From positions 14,434,275 through 14,498,274 of the forward strand of contig NC_134032.1 in the NCBI RefSeq assembly GCF_964204645.1: a DNA stretch of 64,000 nt, written 5' to 3'. The position numbers and the translations under genes were made by a program. Of the stretch, positions 38,678 through 53,721 are shown piece by piece (within the stretch, counting starts at the first letter, position 1; each line of letters opens with the position of its first letter). The notes beneath the pieces are model-generated. The model was given only the letters and a program-made list of their open reading frames with translations. It ran no database searches and was not told where the DNA came from. Source of the stretch: Tubulanus polymorphus (Eukaryota; Animalia; Nemertea).

Positions 38678-39564
38678 GTAAGAAATTCTTAATTCATTTA
38701 TGAAAACGATCGAGATTGATTTTTTTTTTCTTGGAAACTTTTTTTTCAAAATTTTCGTCTTCAGAAAATTATTTCTCGTATCAGTCACCGTTAGTTAACC
38801 TGTCCTCGATATCGGACGCGTTATCATTTTGGAAGGTTTTTCTTATCTTTTTTATCTTATCATTGGAAAGTTTATTAATTGTCCTATATCTACCAACACA
38901 TACTCAAATAATCTAACCCAGGGCTGATCAACTCAAAGATTCCATTGTCACAAATATTTTTAATTATCCCCTAGTCTCCGATTAGTTATGCGCATAATTA
39001 ATGAATCGGTCATTCAGCTAGCTGACCTAGTTATCAGTACCCAGAGTGGACACCCATTGTTTGAATGAACACCAGTGCCAACAATGAAGACAGTTTGATT
39101 GTAGTGTCATGACAACTATAAAATACAAGTCAAAGCAAAGAGAGACCATTTGTGAAACATGTTACAAACAAATTTCACGAATTCGGTCTATAAAATAGAT
39201 CTTACAATTTATATCGCAAACAAGTGATACAGAAAAAAAAAACATATTATAGTCAGGGTTTGTAAGTGTGGAGTTAAATTTGTGAATTAAAATTGCAGAA
39301 AACACTCGGGGAGCCTGGTTTCATTTCTACAGCCATTTGTTAAACATGTATCGATGGATATATAAGTATTTACAGGCTGACGACTACGCGTGCAGCATAG
39401 TTCAATAAAGTTAATACTGTTTCAGACCGTGTTTAATCACTATAAGTATCTCGGTCAGCTATCGATTATAGACCACTGTATTGATGAAAGGAGAGAGAGA
39501 GAGTATTTTTTAAATTGATTATCTATATTGAAAAAATAAATGAAATGTAGGAATTTAAACGTCA

Positions 39565-39812
39565 GCATCCAGTTCTACAGTTGTGAGTTAGAGTTAACTC
39601 TGAACTCAGGATCCAGTTCTACAGTTGTGAGTTTAAGTTAACTCTCTGAACTCAGGATCCAGTTCTACAGTTGTGAGTTTAAGTTAACTCTCTGAACTCA
39701 GGATCCAGTTCTACAGTTGTGAGTTTAAGTCAACTCTCTGAACTCAGGATCCAGTTCTACAGTTATGAATTAGAGTTAACTCTGAACTCGGGATCTAATT
39801 CTGCAGTTGTAT
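39565..39812 (-). repeat. 44-46-bp tandem repeat of the MITE end (reverse of 28247-28412)
   Basis: CAGGATCCAGTTCTACAGTTGTGAGTTTAAGTTAACTCTCTGAACT, about 5 copies. Confidence 0.85.
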
Positions 39813-40879
39813 GAGTGAATGAATAATTTCAAATTCAATGAATTAAGTCAAATCGTTCCTCAGAACTGAACAAGCAGACATTGTTACATGTAATATGTAG
39901 ATATAGCTTTCAGTAGATAGGTATATATATATATATATATAAATATACAAAATAATGTTTTCCGATTGTGATATATTGTACATTGTTAGAACATCTGTCC
40001 CAGGTGGAAAATTGTTTTTTTTTTTCATATTTTATACGACTGAATGGCCTTGGTTCGATGGCCATGCGACAGTATCATTGATATAGATGTTTTTGTAAAG
40101 TTCATTCGGGGCTGATAGACATTTCGCCCTAACCGTACTAAACATTTGGTACATCGATATTTGCTTTCCTTATTCCATTCAGCGATGTATAAAAAATAAA
40201 GAATTCTCGCAGCTTGTGTGGAATAAAAAAACTTACGTGCAACATATTGAGACGCGCTTGTTTTTCGCTATTGTAAAATTGAATTTTTAATAGCCGTTCA
40301 TTCAGTCTGACATCCGTAATAAGTATTCTATACGTCGCATGGAGAACCGTTATATTCACATCAGAGATAGCCAGTAACATCGATTGCGGATTCGCAAAAA
40401 AAAAAGATTGGCTTCTGCAACATATTGAGGTTTTTACTATTGTAGAATAAAATTTTTATACCTCTGCGAAAACCTTTGTATTCATATCAGAAAATCACAA
40501 GACTCGTGAATCTTTTGCTCCTGATTGGAGACCCGTGGCACTTCTGAACAGGGCAGCAGGTGCCTGTATCATGATGACATATGGCCAGTTTGACCATTGC
40601 CGGACAATGGTCATTCATTTTTTACTGACCAGCAGATGTAGCATCTCATTATAGCTACTTTGTTCAATCGAAGAATCTCTTTGTGCTTCATGGTCAATAC
40701 TAAAAAAAATCTAGTTTGATTTCTGTTCTGTACAGATTTTATCAACTGACCAGCGGTCAGATTTATCGGGCCACGCGCCAATAATTTGCGTCCCTATTGT
40801 AGTCCAGCTGAGCTATGCTTGTGGTCATTTTGGACACTAGGTTTTTGTTGTGAATGTTTTTTTGAGACTCAAAAAGTCT

Positions 40880-41258
40880 GGTGGTCAGTGGAGTGACAGG
40901 TGGTGACCATTAGTGATTGTTGGTCAGTACGAGGACCAGCTGACTAATTATCAGTGACCAGTGGTCAGTACAAGGACAAGCTGACTAATCATCAGTGACC
41001 AGTGGTCAGTACGAGGACCAGCTGACTGATCATCAGTGACCAGTGGTCAGTAGGGGCATCAAGTGACTGATCAGCAGTGACCGGTAATGACCAGTGGTCA
41101 GTAAGGGGACCAGGTGACTGATCAGCAATGACCGGTAATGACCAGTGGTCAGTAAGGGGACCAGGTGACTGATCAGCAATGACCGGTAATGACCAGTGGT
41201 CAGTAAGGGGACCAGGTGACTGATCAGCAATGACCGGTAATGACCAGCGGTCAGTCAT
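40880..41258 (+). repeat. about 51-bp minisatellite with TGACCAGTGGTCA core
   Basis: Direct copies with a palindromic core. Confidence 0.9.
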
Positions 41259-43251
41259 CATTAGATATTCATGAATTTTCGATGCAATTAGTGAAATTGT
41301 CACCGATGGCAACCGTGACTGTATTTTTATTATTCATCATAGTTTTCTACGAGAATGAAACCGATGTATAATGAGAGAGAGGGGGGGTGAGGGGGGTGTT
41401 ACTCCCTGGGATTATTTGTTACAGTAATTAGCTTCAGGATTATTTTCAACCTAATCAGACTTATTCGGAAGTCCGAGATTGATGAGGCGATTGTTGGCGG
41501 CGCCGACGGTAACGACGATGGGTCATTTTTCGAGGAGTAAAAGTACCTCTTCAAAAGGAACCTCTTCAAAAACTCGCCTATCTCTAAACAACACGTATTT
41601 CTAGGTGTTATAACCAGATCAAATAAACTGAATCACCTTGAGATAGTGAGAGATCGACCTTCATTCCATCTCTCTACAAGTACAAGCGACCTCTTCAGTT
41701 AAACGTCAGTTATAGAAAAAATTGCGATCGCTAAGTAATAAACGCTTGTTCATGTTTCCACGAATTTCTTTCAAAAATCGACTCGTTTCGACCATCGACC
41801 AGTCGACCAGTCGGCCGTTCATTCTATTGAAATTAAACGAACTGAATTACACGTTTGAAACGATTATTTTTCGAGAGTTTCAATAATAGACCGCACCGTG
41901 CGCCCAGTGACCAGATGTCACCTTCCCGCGTTGATTTCGAGCTACGCTGATCAAATAAATACAATAAACACAATTTGTTTGTTTAAAAATTTAAACTCTA
42001 CTTGATATCTGTGACCATCATTCACTGATCTGATTAGAACCGCATTCATTATTCAAACTGTGGTCAGCATAATTTCAAATGCTGTGATCGTGATGTTCAG
42101 ATGCCGTAAATGAACATAATTTTCAAATGCCCCGACAGTTCGTTTCAAACTATAATTTCAGTTTTGAAAGGTTACAGTGGACAGTGCTGCTGCTACTGAT
42201 TTTCCCCGGAAAACGCTTTTTTATTTTCTTCCATATTTCAAAAAATGGTCCCGGCTACGGTTGTTCTGTCCTCATGGTTGCTTAGATTTAAGACCATCTT
42301 AGTCGTTAAAGCCGATCGAACGACTTCAAAAGACGTCTTTTGGACTTTGTTCACGCGTCCATCATGGAACTGGGTCCTGAAAATAATGCTCTGTTTCCTA
42401 AGCGAAGATGAGTTAAAACCATTAAAAATTATAAGTATATAATATATATATATAGACATTGAATGATTTTTTGACCAGTACGTGAACCCCCGGACAAAAA
42501 TGACATGAAAGATATTTACGGCAAGGTGAACTATTGTTTGAAGGCTTTATCAATCCGTTTCAAGAAGCGTTTGTTTACTGCATAAAAACTGACCATGCTT
42601 GGCAACGAGTAAAATGCGTATAATAGTAACACGTATTTGTACTTTTGGTCCTTTGAACCCGAAAACAAAAAAAAACAAAGCAAATTTTTGTTTATGCATC
42701 GAAGTTTTAAAAGGTGCTATTTTCGTATTGTCGACGCGGTTCGGTACACGGACGGGCAGTGAATTACTGAAAAAACAACCGTCCGCACATGACCGCACAC
42801 GAGCGTGTACTTTGGTCAACAATCGACCGACCAGTAATTTATATACACGTATATATATATATATACACGTATAATGACCAATTCATAGATTTTCTGCTTT
42901 TGTGTTGAAGAATTTTTACAGGACTCATTTCGTATTGAGTGCAATTTATTTGCACAATGGATATTTTATTTTCCGAGCGAGCGGGCGGGTAGCGCAGGTC
43001 CAGTTTTGTTATGTATGAACAGGTCAATATCCGTGTATGTACATGTATTTACCGGTGTTTGTTTATTGGCTGTTTTTACTTGTACACAGCGAGGGAGTGA
43101 GAGAGAGAGGGAGAGAGGGGAAAAGGGCTTTCATTAATTTGAGTCGTCGTGTCGATATTTTTACATAAAACGAAGTTCACTTCGAATTCACTGGTTCACT
43201 AGCAGTTCAATAACGTGATAGTAAAAATATCTTTAAGAAAAATAAATAATT

Positions 43252-43339
<88 letters not shown>

Positions 43340-43664
43340 GCCTCTTTTCCCGTGCAGAGAGAAGTTCATATTCAGTAGTTCAAAAAGCTGATATTGATTT
43401 CTTGAATTTAATCTTCATTCTCGGGAGAATTAGAAATTCTATCGATCTCAATGAAAAGCTTTGTTCCGTGAATGCTTCTGTGGCAAGTGAGTGATGTATA
43501 GTTTTGGGTGGTCAGCCGCTTTTTTTCCCCTGATGGTTTCTGTCCGTTGATGAGCGGGTTCAGCCTTGAAAAACGTGTGAAAGTACACGTAACCTTGGCT
43601 CGAGGCGTACTCTAACTAAAACTGAATGAAACGCGGTTGAGGTGGATGGGTGCAGCTTCTTTAT

Positions 43665-43824
43665 CGAGAGAGACAGAGAGAGAGAGAGGGAGGGAGGGAG
43701 GGGGAGGGAGGGGAGAGGGAGGGGGAGAGGGAGGGGGAGAGGGAGGGGGAGAGAGAGGGAGAGAGAGAGGGAGAGAGAGGGAGAGAGAGGGAGAGAGAGG
43801 GAGAGAGAGGGAGAGAGAGAGAGA
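43665..43824 (+). repeat. (GA/GGGA)n purine tract
   Basis: Low complexity. Confidence 0.9.
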
Positions 43825-44061
43825 TGTTGTAAACAGGTTTTCAACGCTTGTAAAAAGTTTCAAACTGACCTGTCTTAATCTATGTAAATAATAGCCCCGG
43901 GTAAAGAGAGATGGATGACTAGTAAAGATGGGATAGCCACAGCCAGTTAGCGGCCAGAGGCAAATAATTCGACTATATCTAGATACAAAGTACAATCTTG
44001 ATGAAACACTGTAGTTGAGTCCACACATTGTAAGGAATTAATATTAGATCCCTCGCTAGGA

Positions 44062-44155
44062 ATGAAAAGAGTCTGAAATGTTAACTCAAGTTTATACTTC
44101 ATTTCGACATTTCTAACCAATTCCTAGCTCACTAATAGACCTCTTCACGAATACC
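44062..44155 (-). mobile_element. degenerate copy of the 21.5-kb hammerhead-bearing repeat
   Basis: Minus strand reads TATTC-GTGAAGA...GAAA-TGTC-GAA, followed by ...ACATTTCAGACTC, the same tail as at 21901. Core C3 is mutated. Confidence 0.4.
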
Positions 44156-45689
44156 TGAGTTACAACAAGCTGCAGGAAATCTTTTCTTTTTTTTTCCATT
44201 GTAGTATATATAAAGGTAAAGAATCCTTTATAGGGTTTGGTCAAGTTATTTCCTCTTAAGCAATCTACCAGTGTATAGATCGCTATTACATAATGTGCCT
44301 GAGTTCGAAATGCGCAACAAACTGCCAGAAAACGGCAAATCCTTTGTTCAGGAGCGAGAAAATCTAATCCATTCAGTGAATTAATGAGAATAAACTCTAA
44401 ATATTCTAGGAGAGAGAGCAGGGGGTCTTATACAATCAGGGATTAATGGGTTTTGGATTGAATGGCCTGTGAAAAAAGTCTTATGTAATATTTGCCTGTT
44501 GGATAATGCTCTTTAGCTACAGTTATAGGCCAACTGTTCACAGTTTTTGTATGTTCAGTGATGGCTGGCTCAGCTGTGGTCAGCTGTGGTCATTCACGAA
44601 TAGAAAATCCACAAACAACTGCGATTATCAAGTTTACAGATCTCAGACAGCTGATGTTATTGAACAATTATGAAATTGTCAATGGTTGACTGGTCAACTG
44701 TCCAACCATTGATATCTCAGAATCGGTTTTTTGACCAGCTGACCACTGAAAGTTTTCAGATATCAGCCAGCTGATGTTATTGAACAATTACGAAAAACGA
44801 CTGGTCAACTGTCCAACCATTGATATCTCAGAAGCTGGTATTTTGACCAGCTGACCACTGTGAAAATGAAGGTCACCTGCTTGACCTATCTATCTTAGAT
44901 TCAGAATATTGACCGGCTGACCGCTGTGAATATGATGGTCACCTGCTTGACCAACACTAACAGATAGTGACCGATGGTCCTGATATTATAACTTAGTCGA
45001 AGCCACTCCCAAACGTTGACTTTTTACTAAGAATCGATCCGTCAAATTAAAGTATCTAGAATTTTCTTTTAAAAGAGTTTCTGCAACGATTTTTCACGCA
45101 AAAACTTTTAATGAACCGACAGCAAGTATAACTGCGGGCTGAGCGCGCTTCAGTAGTAGTCGGTGAAAACTTTTTATCACCGCTCCCATTTCTTTTCTGA
45201 AACTTATTGCGACATCCTCCGCCATAAAAAGTCAAAGATCAGAAAAGTTATAAATAATTCCATGTTTAAAGTTGTTTATATCGGTTTATATTGAAACAAG
45301 TCGTGTTGGCAGCTTTAGGGTATAGAACGCGCTCAAACCGTGTCGTCGTCGTCGTCGGCGCTCGAATATAAAATACATTTAGTTTTTTTAGAATTTCTTG
45401 ATGATAGGTAACAGTGCGTATTGATTATAACCCGAAGGTGCTCAACCGAAGCAGCTCTCCTCAATCGAAGTTCAATAAGACCAGACTCTCTTTATCCTCT
45501 CTCTCTCTCTCCCTCTCTGTGCAGTTCACAAGTATTTGATATTGAAAATTTTTGCCGTTTGAAAATAGAGACGTAGGAAAAAAGCTTCGTTTGTTTTTAA
45601 CGTTTAGGCGTGGCTCATCTTGAGATATAAACATACTTCGATTTTATCAGAAACATTTTCTGCTACATTGTATGGAGTTGATGCACTTT

Positions 45690-46100
45690 CACAGACTCCT
45701 GGCCTCTCTGCCTCACTCGTGGACTCCTGGCCTCTGTCTCACTCGTAGACGCTAGGCCTCTCAGCCTCACTCGTAGATGCCTGGCCTCTCTGCCTCATCC
45801 TTGTAGACTCCTGGCCTCTGCCTCATCCACATAGACTCCTGGCCTCTCTGCCTCATCCTCGTAGACTCCTGGCCTCTCAGCCTCACTCGTAGATGCCTGG
45901 CCTCTCAGCCTCACTCGTAGACTCCTGGCCTCTCTGCCTCACTCGTAGACGCTAGGCCTCCCTGCCTCTCTCACAGACTCCTGGCCTCTCAGCCTCACTC
46001 GTAGACGCTAGGCCTCCCTGCCTCTCTCACAGATTCCTGGCCTCTCAGCCTCACTCACAGACTCCAGGTCTCTCTGCGTCTCACACAGAATCTTGGTCTC
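45690..46100 (+). repeat. about 28-bp minisatellite (GACTCCTGGCCTCTCTGCCTCACTCGTA)
   Basis: About 14 diverged copies. Confidence 0.9.
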
Positions 46101-49100
46101 ACAGTTTCTCAACACTGCATTGCCCAATCTCAATCTCTCAGAGCCTCAACGCTGGCTTCATAACATAACACAGTAATATAAACTCCAACTCATATGTTGC
46201 CTAATAAAGAAAGCTGACCGATGACCTATAGCGCTGCCATCTATCTTATAATTGAAACATTAGACGAATACAGGTCTGTACCCCTAGTGGGTTCTCATGC
46301 ACCCCCCAACCTGGGTTCTGATGCACCTCTCTCCTGAGTAATTAGGCCCAGTAGAAAGGGCTCATGGTTTCCAGGATCGTCGCTCGATTATTATTTTCTA
46401 TATGACTCCAGTAACCGGTGACAACGTATTGTGAATTCTAGTCACTTAGATCGGGTTATAAATTTTTTTGTCATTAACCGACCTGAACGCATTCTCTTCC
46501 CCATCGCTCTCTCTCTCTCTTCTCTCTCTCACTCCGCCGCCGATCTCTCATAAAAACTCCCGATGCAGATTTTTGTGAACGTCAATATCCTATCTGTACC
46601 CGACTCAATGTCCGTTGCCTGGCAACCATGTTTTTAATTGCCGCAGTTGAATTTTTATAATGTTTTTCTGTGAAGTATGCGTCGGTTTTTGATTTATTAT
46701 CGAGAGGGATTTTATCAAGTCGGTTCTCTCTCGTTCGTTCGTTCGTTCGTTTGTTGGTTCAAGGTTATATCTGGGAAACGTTCGTTCGTTGGTTCATCGT
46801 GGTACGCGGTGGCTATGAGATGCGGTATTCAACTCAGCAACGTCCGCTCATCTGCGTCTTCAAATCACTCTCGGGCGAATTGAAAAAAAAAAGATTAGCA
46901 ATTCTTGCGATGAATTCGTCGTCGCTTCGGTCTTTCGACCCTCGCAAGACTCAGCCCTCCTCGCGAGGTGTGAGGATTCGGTTCTAAAGTCCTCGACTCA
47001 CAATCAGCCGACCGAAGGGCTTAGAGTAAAGTCTCAGAAGGTGTAAGGATTTCATAGCCCTCACAGGGCTGTGTCCTCACCCCTCACGAGGCTCAGTCCT
47101 CGAGTATAGAATTTGCTGTGTAGAACAAGTACAGTAACAACTTTTAGAAATCAATATTTTGACGATGACATTTTTTTGTCCCGCTTGTTGGACACCGCGC
47201 ATTCCAACGCTTGAATGACCTTTGACCCATTAATGTTTTTGTAGGGGGAGGAAGGGTGGAGGGGGAGGGGGATGAGTCGTCCTTGAGTTCAGGATTATAG
47301 CTGGTATCGCTGATTGATGGTTAGAATCGGGAAGGATTCCCGTGACTGTGTTTTACATTGCTACGGTAACTGCTGTCATCACTAACGGTTACGACTCGCG
47401 GTGTCCTCGATATCGGACGCTCATTGTTTTCAAGTTCTCTGAAATCATTCCAAATATCGCGTAGGAATTTTTTTCTGTTTTAAAATTTTCGCGATAGAAA
47501 AATGAATCGATATTTTTTAGATCAACGGAATGGAATTTATAGAATTCGCGTAATCGAAATCCGATTGATTTTCCTCGCGAAGATTTTCAAGATTTTTTTT
47601 CTTTAATCCGTCTCTCGAAGACGACTAGTCTCAGTCGCCGCGGTGACTAAACCCCGTCGCGGTCTTCGGGCCATCGCCGTGGAAACGATTAAAAAATTGA
47701 TTACGCCGGTCGCCGTCGTCATCGGTAACCGTTTTGATCTCGGCGTGAACGCGATTAAAATCGACGGCTGAATTTTTGAAATTGCTTTATCAGAAAAACA
47801 TAAAAGTTGATTTGGTTTTTGTGGAGAATGAGTCGTTGAGTCGCGCGCGCGGGGGTTGAGTCATCGGGAGTCGGACGCAGTTTTTCCGCCCTATCTACAG
47901 ACGGCGGATTCATAATGGAATTAAAATGACATTTTTCAGAACGTCCCGTTGACGTTTATTGATGGTTCGTTCTCCGCGTACCCCCGCGCTCTCGCTCGAT
48001 CTCCTCGTGAACGAGTTCGCAAGTTCACTCGTCCATAACGACCATCTCTCCGTTCACGTCTTGTAACTGTTTGTATTGTTGTAATAAAAAAAAAACCGGT
48101 CGCCGGGTATTCGACGTCGCTGAGCACAAGCGTGTGCGGCAAATCAATTTTATAAAAAGATTTGTCGCGTTTAAAATCAATTGAAACAAAGTCTAAAAAT
48201 ATTTCGACAAATGAATCGTAATAATAAACGTAAGTTTTTATGAAGTTTGCGATGGTTATGTAGTTTTTAAACTCGGGTTGTCACGTCGTCGACGGCCGGG
48301 AGGTGTGCGTGATGCGCTAATAGCGCTCTCCGCGGTAAACAATGGTTTCCGCGACGATCGATAGGTTTTTTAGACGGTGATTTTGTAAACTCGCGGTAGA
48401 ACCGACTCCGGTAGAACCGCGTGACTCGTCGATACATAATTATACATTTCGTTGTTCGTATATTCCTGTGCCGTTAATTATTATATTTGATCTCGTGAAA
48501 AGCTCAAAGCTAACGTTTTGTATTTCAATCGTATCGTGTATTTTATATATTTCACAGGGTTTTTGTTGTTTTTCCGATCAATCGCGGGACAAATAGAAAT
48601 TCAGTTTTTTTCTGCCCCCACGTTTTTTATTCGGGCACAACTGGCATCGAGCGGGGTTCATTTTCATGGAAATATCTTTAACTCTTAACCCTTTCAGTGC
48701 TGACTTATTAATACCCTTTAGTGCTGGAGATAATTTGAAATTTTTTGAAAAATTCCACCCTATTGTGTTGAATAATGGGAATACCATTGCACCACCGCGG
48801 TGCGGTGTATCGTTAATTACCAGTATTTCACTATGTTTGACAGGTGTTGCCATTTTTCAAGAGAGATAATTACTAATTACATCAATATTACACTATACAA
48901 TATACACTGCCCTTCCCCCTCTACCCCCTCTACCCCCCTCTGCTAAGAAGAAGGGGAGCATCTAAGGTTTATGTTTCACTTCTCTCGCTGTTTGTGTTTT
49001 GATATTCATCAATTTGATATTTTTTTAATGAAATTCGATATTTTTTATTAAACCAGTTTTCAGATATATCGCGCTCTCACACGTGCTCTCTCTCTCTCCA

Positions 49101-49800
49101 ACTCTCTCTCACTCTTCGCGTATCTTGATAATTTTTTCAAGAATCTCAAAAGATGCAATTTCAACGGTTTCCATGGCAACTACTTTATTTTATTGGTCTC
49201 TTATTTTTTCCGATAGATGTGAAGGCGCGCTTGAATCAAACGAATCTCGCGGCCGCCATTTTTTCAACGGCTACATTGATCACAATCTGAACAAATTATC
49301 GAGTACTTTTTTTTCTAATCTCAAAATTTCCGAGATTTTGAATGTATTGCGATGATGCATTTCTCTGACAGTAATTGTTGTTTCTAATTTCCGAGATTCC
49401 GGGCCGTGTTTTTATGATAACCGATGAGATTTATTTACGCCCGTCTTGATTAAAACGAGACTCGTTTAAGTGCCACCTAGTGTCAATTATATGAACCGTG
49501 TGTTATTGATCGGAGTTTTTCGCGGGTTATAAACCAGTTTGATTTGTTTGAGTTTAGACGGACATTGAACACGCTAGGGGAGGGCAGTAAGGACTCGACG
49601 ACGCGGGGAATGAGTGCACGCTCGGTTTATCTGTATTTTTATTGTTGCTGCGGGAGATGTTTAATTGTTGCAGCATTTCGCTGTCGGCCTCCGCATTCTC
49701 CGTCGATCTCTGTTTCAGTTGTCACGACGACCGAAAGATGATTTCATTCACGTTTTTTCTGATGTCATCAATTTTGAACGGACTAACCTTCGGTCGCGGC

Positions 49801-50312
<512 letters not shown>

Positions 50313-51301
50313 TAACAAATTTCAGGGTTTAATATGATGTTAAGGTAAAACATTGTAAACGAACTCATTGAACCCTAACGAGACAAATCTAATCATCTAA
50401 CAAACGTTTTTTTACGGGTGCTTGTTATGTGTGGAGTTTTCGAGATGTATCGGATAACTGCTGCATCTAAACCTACATGTCATAACCTCCAAAATACATA
50501 CATTATTGTTGTCATCATCGCCGCGTGCACACCGGAATAAACTTGAATAAAAAACCCATCAATTCACCGAGCATTTACCTAAAACCATTCCTACATACGC
50601 CTGGCAATATGCCAAAACAAAAAAAAATCCTATTCTGCAATTTAAACTATGGCGGGTATCATTTTCAGTTAATCTCTACTTATCAGTTTTATTCAATTCA
50701 GCGAGTCATGTTTTACATCTGTGACAACAGACGCTTTCCCTGTCGGGGCGTCTATTGTTCGAGCGCGCGTCGCAAAAATCAACTCGACGGCGCTAGCGCG
50801 GGTTTTTTAATTCAAATCGTTACGAATTATGTTAATTAGCGGATTGATATTAACTGGGAACTATTTACGGCTTATATTCGCGATAATTTAATACGGATTT
50901 GCATTAATATCGTAGAGGATCTAATTAACATACGGCAGACAATAGACTGTGTTTGATTAATCATTGCATAAAGATTACATAAATATCGTCATCGGTCGCT
51001 ATGGTATTTACAAGCGATGTATATGTGTATTGTTGCTTAGAATCGAACTGACGATTTTTCGAAAGTTTTGATGGGATAAAATTCAACTCGCACCTCGATC
51101 AAGGGTTTCATTCCATAGTTCTTATTTCTGATTCAGACATTGAAATGAGTGAATTGTACGTCGGGGGGACTTGTACGTTTGACATAAGTCTCAACTGGCT
51201 TCTTCAAGTTTCCTCTGCTTAATATTTAAAATATTTCACTTAACTTCTTTTTTATACTGTATAATGGTCTATTGTAATATTCAGTGGAAATAAAAATATG
51301 T

Positions 51302-51390
<89 letters not shown>

Positions 51391-51739
51391 TGATGTTCCC
51401 AAACCTTTATGGCCCGCGACAACTCTTCGCTGGATCCCGTAATAACTGTAACAATAGAAACTGCATTGTAAACATGGTTCACTTTAGAACTATCGTTTAA
51501 ACTCAGCTCAGTGGTGATACACTGGACGTGTGTATTTTTATGTCGATTTCAGTCAAATCTCCTCAGATCGAGCGTGGCTGGTTACTGACTAACTGACTGT
51601 CCTCTGTTTGCCCCTTATCTATTTCATACTGTGTCATTATCAGTGGAAGACTCATAAATTCCTGTATCCTGAAATAGAACTGGTTGAGCGTGAGTGAGAA
51701 TAGTGGCAAGATTGTAGAGGGTGTGAGTAAGGAGGTTCC

Positions 51740-52070
51740 GATACCTCACTAGAAGGAGGTAGTGAGTACATGTTACTCATACCAGAGGGTACTCCTCACT
51801 AAAGGAAGGTAGTGAGTACAAGTTACTCATTCCGGTGAGTATACCTCACTAGAGAGAGGTTGAGTATACCTCACTAGAGAGAGGTTGAGTATACCTCACT
51901 AGAGGGAGGTAGTGAGTACATGTTACTCATACCAGAGGGTACTCCTCACTGAAGGAAGGTAGTGAGTACAAGTTACTCATTCCGGTGAGTATGCCTCACT
52001 AGAGAGAGGTTGAGTATACCTCACTAGAGAGAGGTAATGAGTACATGTTACTCGTCACAGAGTACCTCAT
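51740..52070 (+). repeat. complex minisatellite (TACCTCACTAG...GAGGTAGTGAGTA)
   Basis: Direct copies with internal inverted symmetry. Confidence 0.85.
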
Positions 52071-52206
52071 TCACTCGTATCTACATGATTCCAAGGTCGT
52101 CACAATCGTTAATTCTCGTGGGTGCCATTAATTTTCTTAGCGAGTCACATTTTCTATGATTTATTTTTTCTGATAACTCGTTTTAATCGAACTCTCGACG
52201 GTTCAC

Positions 52207-52207
<1 letters not shown>

Positions 52208-52241
<34 letters not shown>
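52208..52241 (+). repeat. (CAG)n microsatellite
   Basis: Direct inspection; no splice-compatible coding context found. Confidence 0.9.
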
Positions 52242-52242
<1 letters not shown>

Positions 52243-52659
52243 GTGTACTATCAGTGGATGCTGCGGGATGGCAGTACGATGGATGCATGGATGGTGCCGG
52301 GTTTTTATGGGTTTGAACGCTATGACACATTCCTTACGCTGTTCGTACAATGCGTTATACAACGCGACTAACGACGACGACGTCGTTCATTGATTTAAAA
52401 CCGCTGAAAAAAAAACTCGCGCAAAAAACCGTTGAATAAAAATCGATATTTCGTTGGCGAATCACAAAACACTGAAATTGAATCTGTTTAGATTTCTTTG
52501 CGAAAGAAACAGAGACCAATAAACTCTGATGATCGTTCCTCGAAGAGAATTCAGCCTCCTCACTAAGATGCCTCCTCTTTTCCCCTCTTTCTTCCCCTCT
52601 CTTCCCATTCTTTTCTTCGGCCTGTCTTCTCTTTACTCCCCCACCCTCCCTCTCTCTCT

Positions 52660-52938
52660 CTCTTACTAGAGTAAGAATCTCTCTTACTGCTCTTACTGGT
52701 GTAAGAATCTCTCTTTCTCTTACTGGTATAAGAATCTCTCTCCTCTTACTGGTTTAAGAATCTCTCTTTCTGCTCTTACTGGTGTAAGAATCTCTCTTTC
52801 TCCTCTTACTGGTTTAAGAATCTCTCTTTCTGCTCTTACTGGTTTAAGAATCTCTCTTTCTGCTCTTAAAGTGTGAGAATCACTCTCGCCTTTCTAGTGT
52901 AAGAATCTCTTTCTGTTTTTACTGGTTTAAGAATCTCT
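52660..52938 (+). repeat. about 30-bp minisatellite (TTACTGGTTTAAGAATCTCTCTTTCTGCTC)
   Basis: About 9 copies. Confidence 0.9.
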
Positions 52939-53278
52939 GGGATCTTGCTGAGTCTAAATGGCTCGTAAATCTCTACGCGTAAAGAACTGATGAACTGAAC
53001 TACCGGTAAAAGATAAAGTGCAGTTTTTACTGTGACTGGTGTCACTCGGTGCAGAGTGTGAAAATCATCCCGATCCAACGGCGTCAGCAGCGACGGCATA
53101 AACATTTACAATCAAAATCATTCTCATTTTTATTCCTGATACGACCTGGAAGTGATTGCATCAGAGATCCGTCCTACCACCTACTCAGTCCTGCGTGAAA
53201 AATGAATGTACCATTTTTAACCTTCTAGAAATTCTGCGATATCTACTCCGGGAATTATGTAATTTCACGGAAAAAACT

Positions 53279-53460
53279 CTGGATCCATTTCCACAGTTCA
53301 GGATCTAGTTCCACAGTTCAGGATCCAGTTCCACAGTTCAGGATCCAGTTCCACAGTTCAGGATCCAGTTCCACAGTTCAGGATCCAGTTCCACAGTTCA
53401 GGGTCCAGTTCCACAGATCAGGATCCAGTTCCACAGTTCAGGATCCAGTTCCACAGTTCT
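53279..53460 (+). repeat. 20-bp tandem repeat of MITE TIR plus target site (CAGGATCCAGTTCCACAGTT)
   Basis: About 9 copies. Confidence 0.9.
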
Positions 53461-53534
53461 GAGTTAAGATTCAACTCTGATCCTAAGTCATTGAAAATGA
53501 ACTAATTTTAACCCAAGAGTTATCTAGAACTCAG

Positions 53535-53721
53535 GACCCAGTTCCACAGTTGTAAGTTAAGATTTAACTCATTGAAAATGAACTGATTTTAACTCTAACT
53601 CACGACTATGGAACTGGGTCGTGGATCCAGTTCCACAGTTCTGAATTAGAGCTAAAGTTAGTTTATTTTCAATGAGTTAACTCTTGAGTCGAATCGTAAC
53701 TCACAACTGTGGAACTGGATC
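53535..53721. mobile_element. two adjacent copies of the same MITE family
   Basis: 53535-53620 and 53624-53721, each bounded by GA(C/T)CCAGTTCCACAGTT ... ACT(A/G)TGGAACTGG(G/A)TC, with 3-bp spacers CAG, GTG, CTG. Confidence 0.7.

Noticed and set aside
51740-52070. let-7-like GAGGTAGT in a hairpin-prone repeat
   Set aside because: Only about 8 nt match. It lacks TGAGGTAGTAGGTTGTATAG and is part of a tandem repeat.
52122-52316. poly-Q exon
   Set aside because: It is a (CAG)n microsatellite without splice sites compatible with the phase-1 intron.
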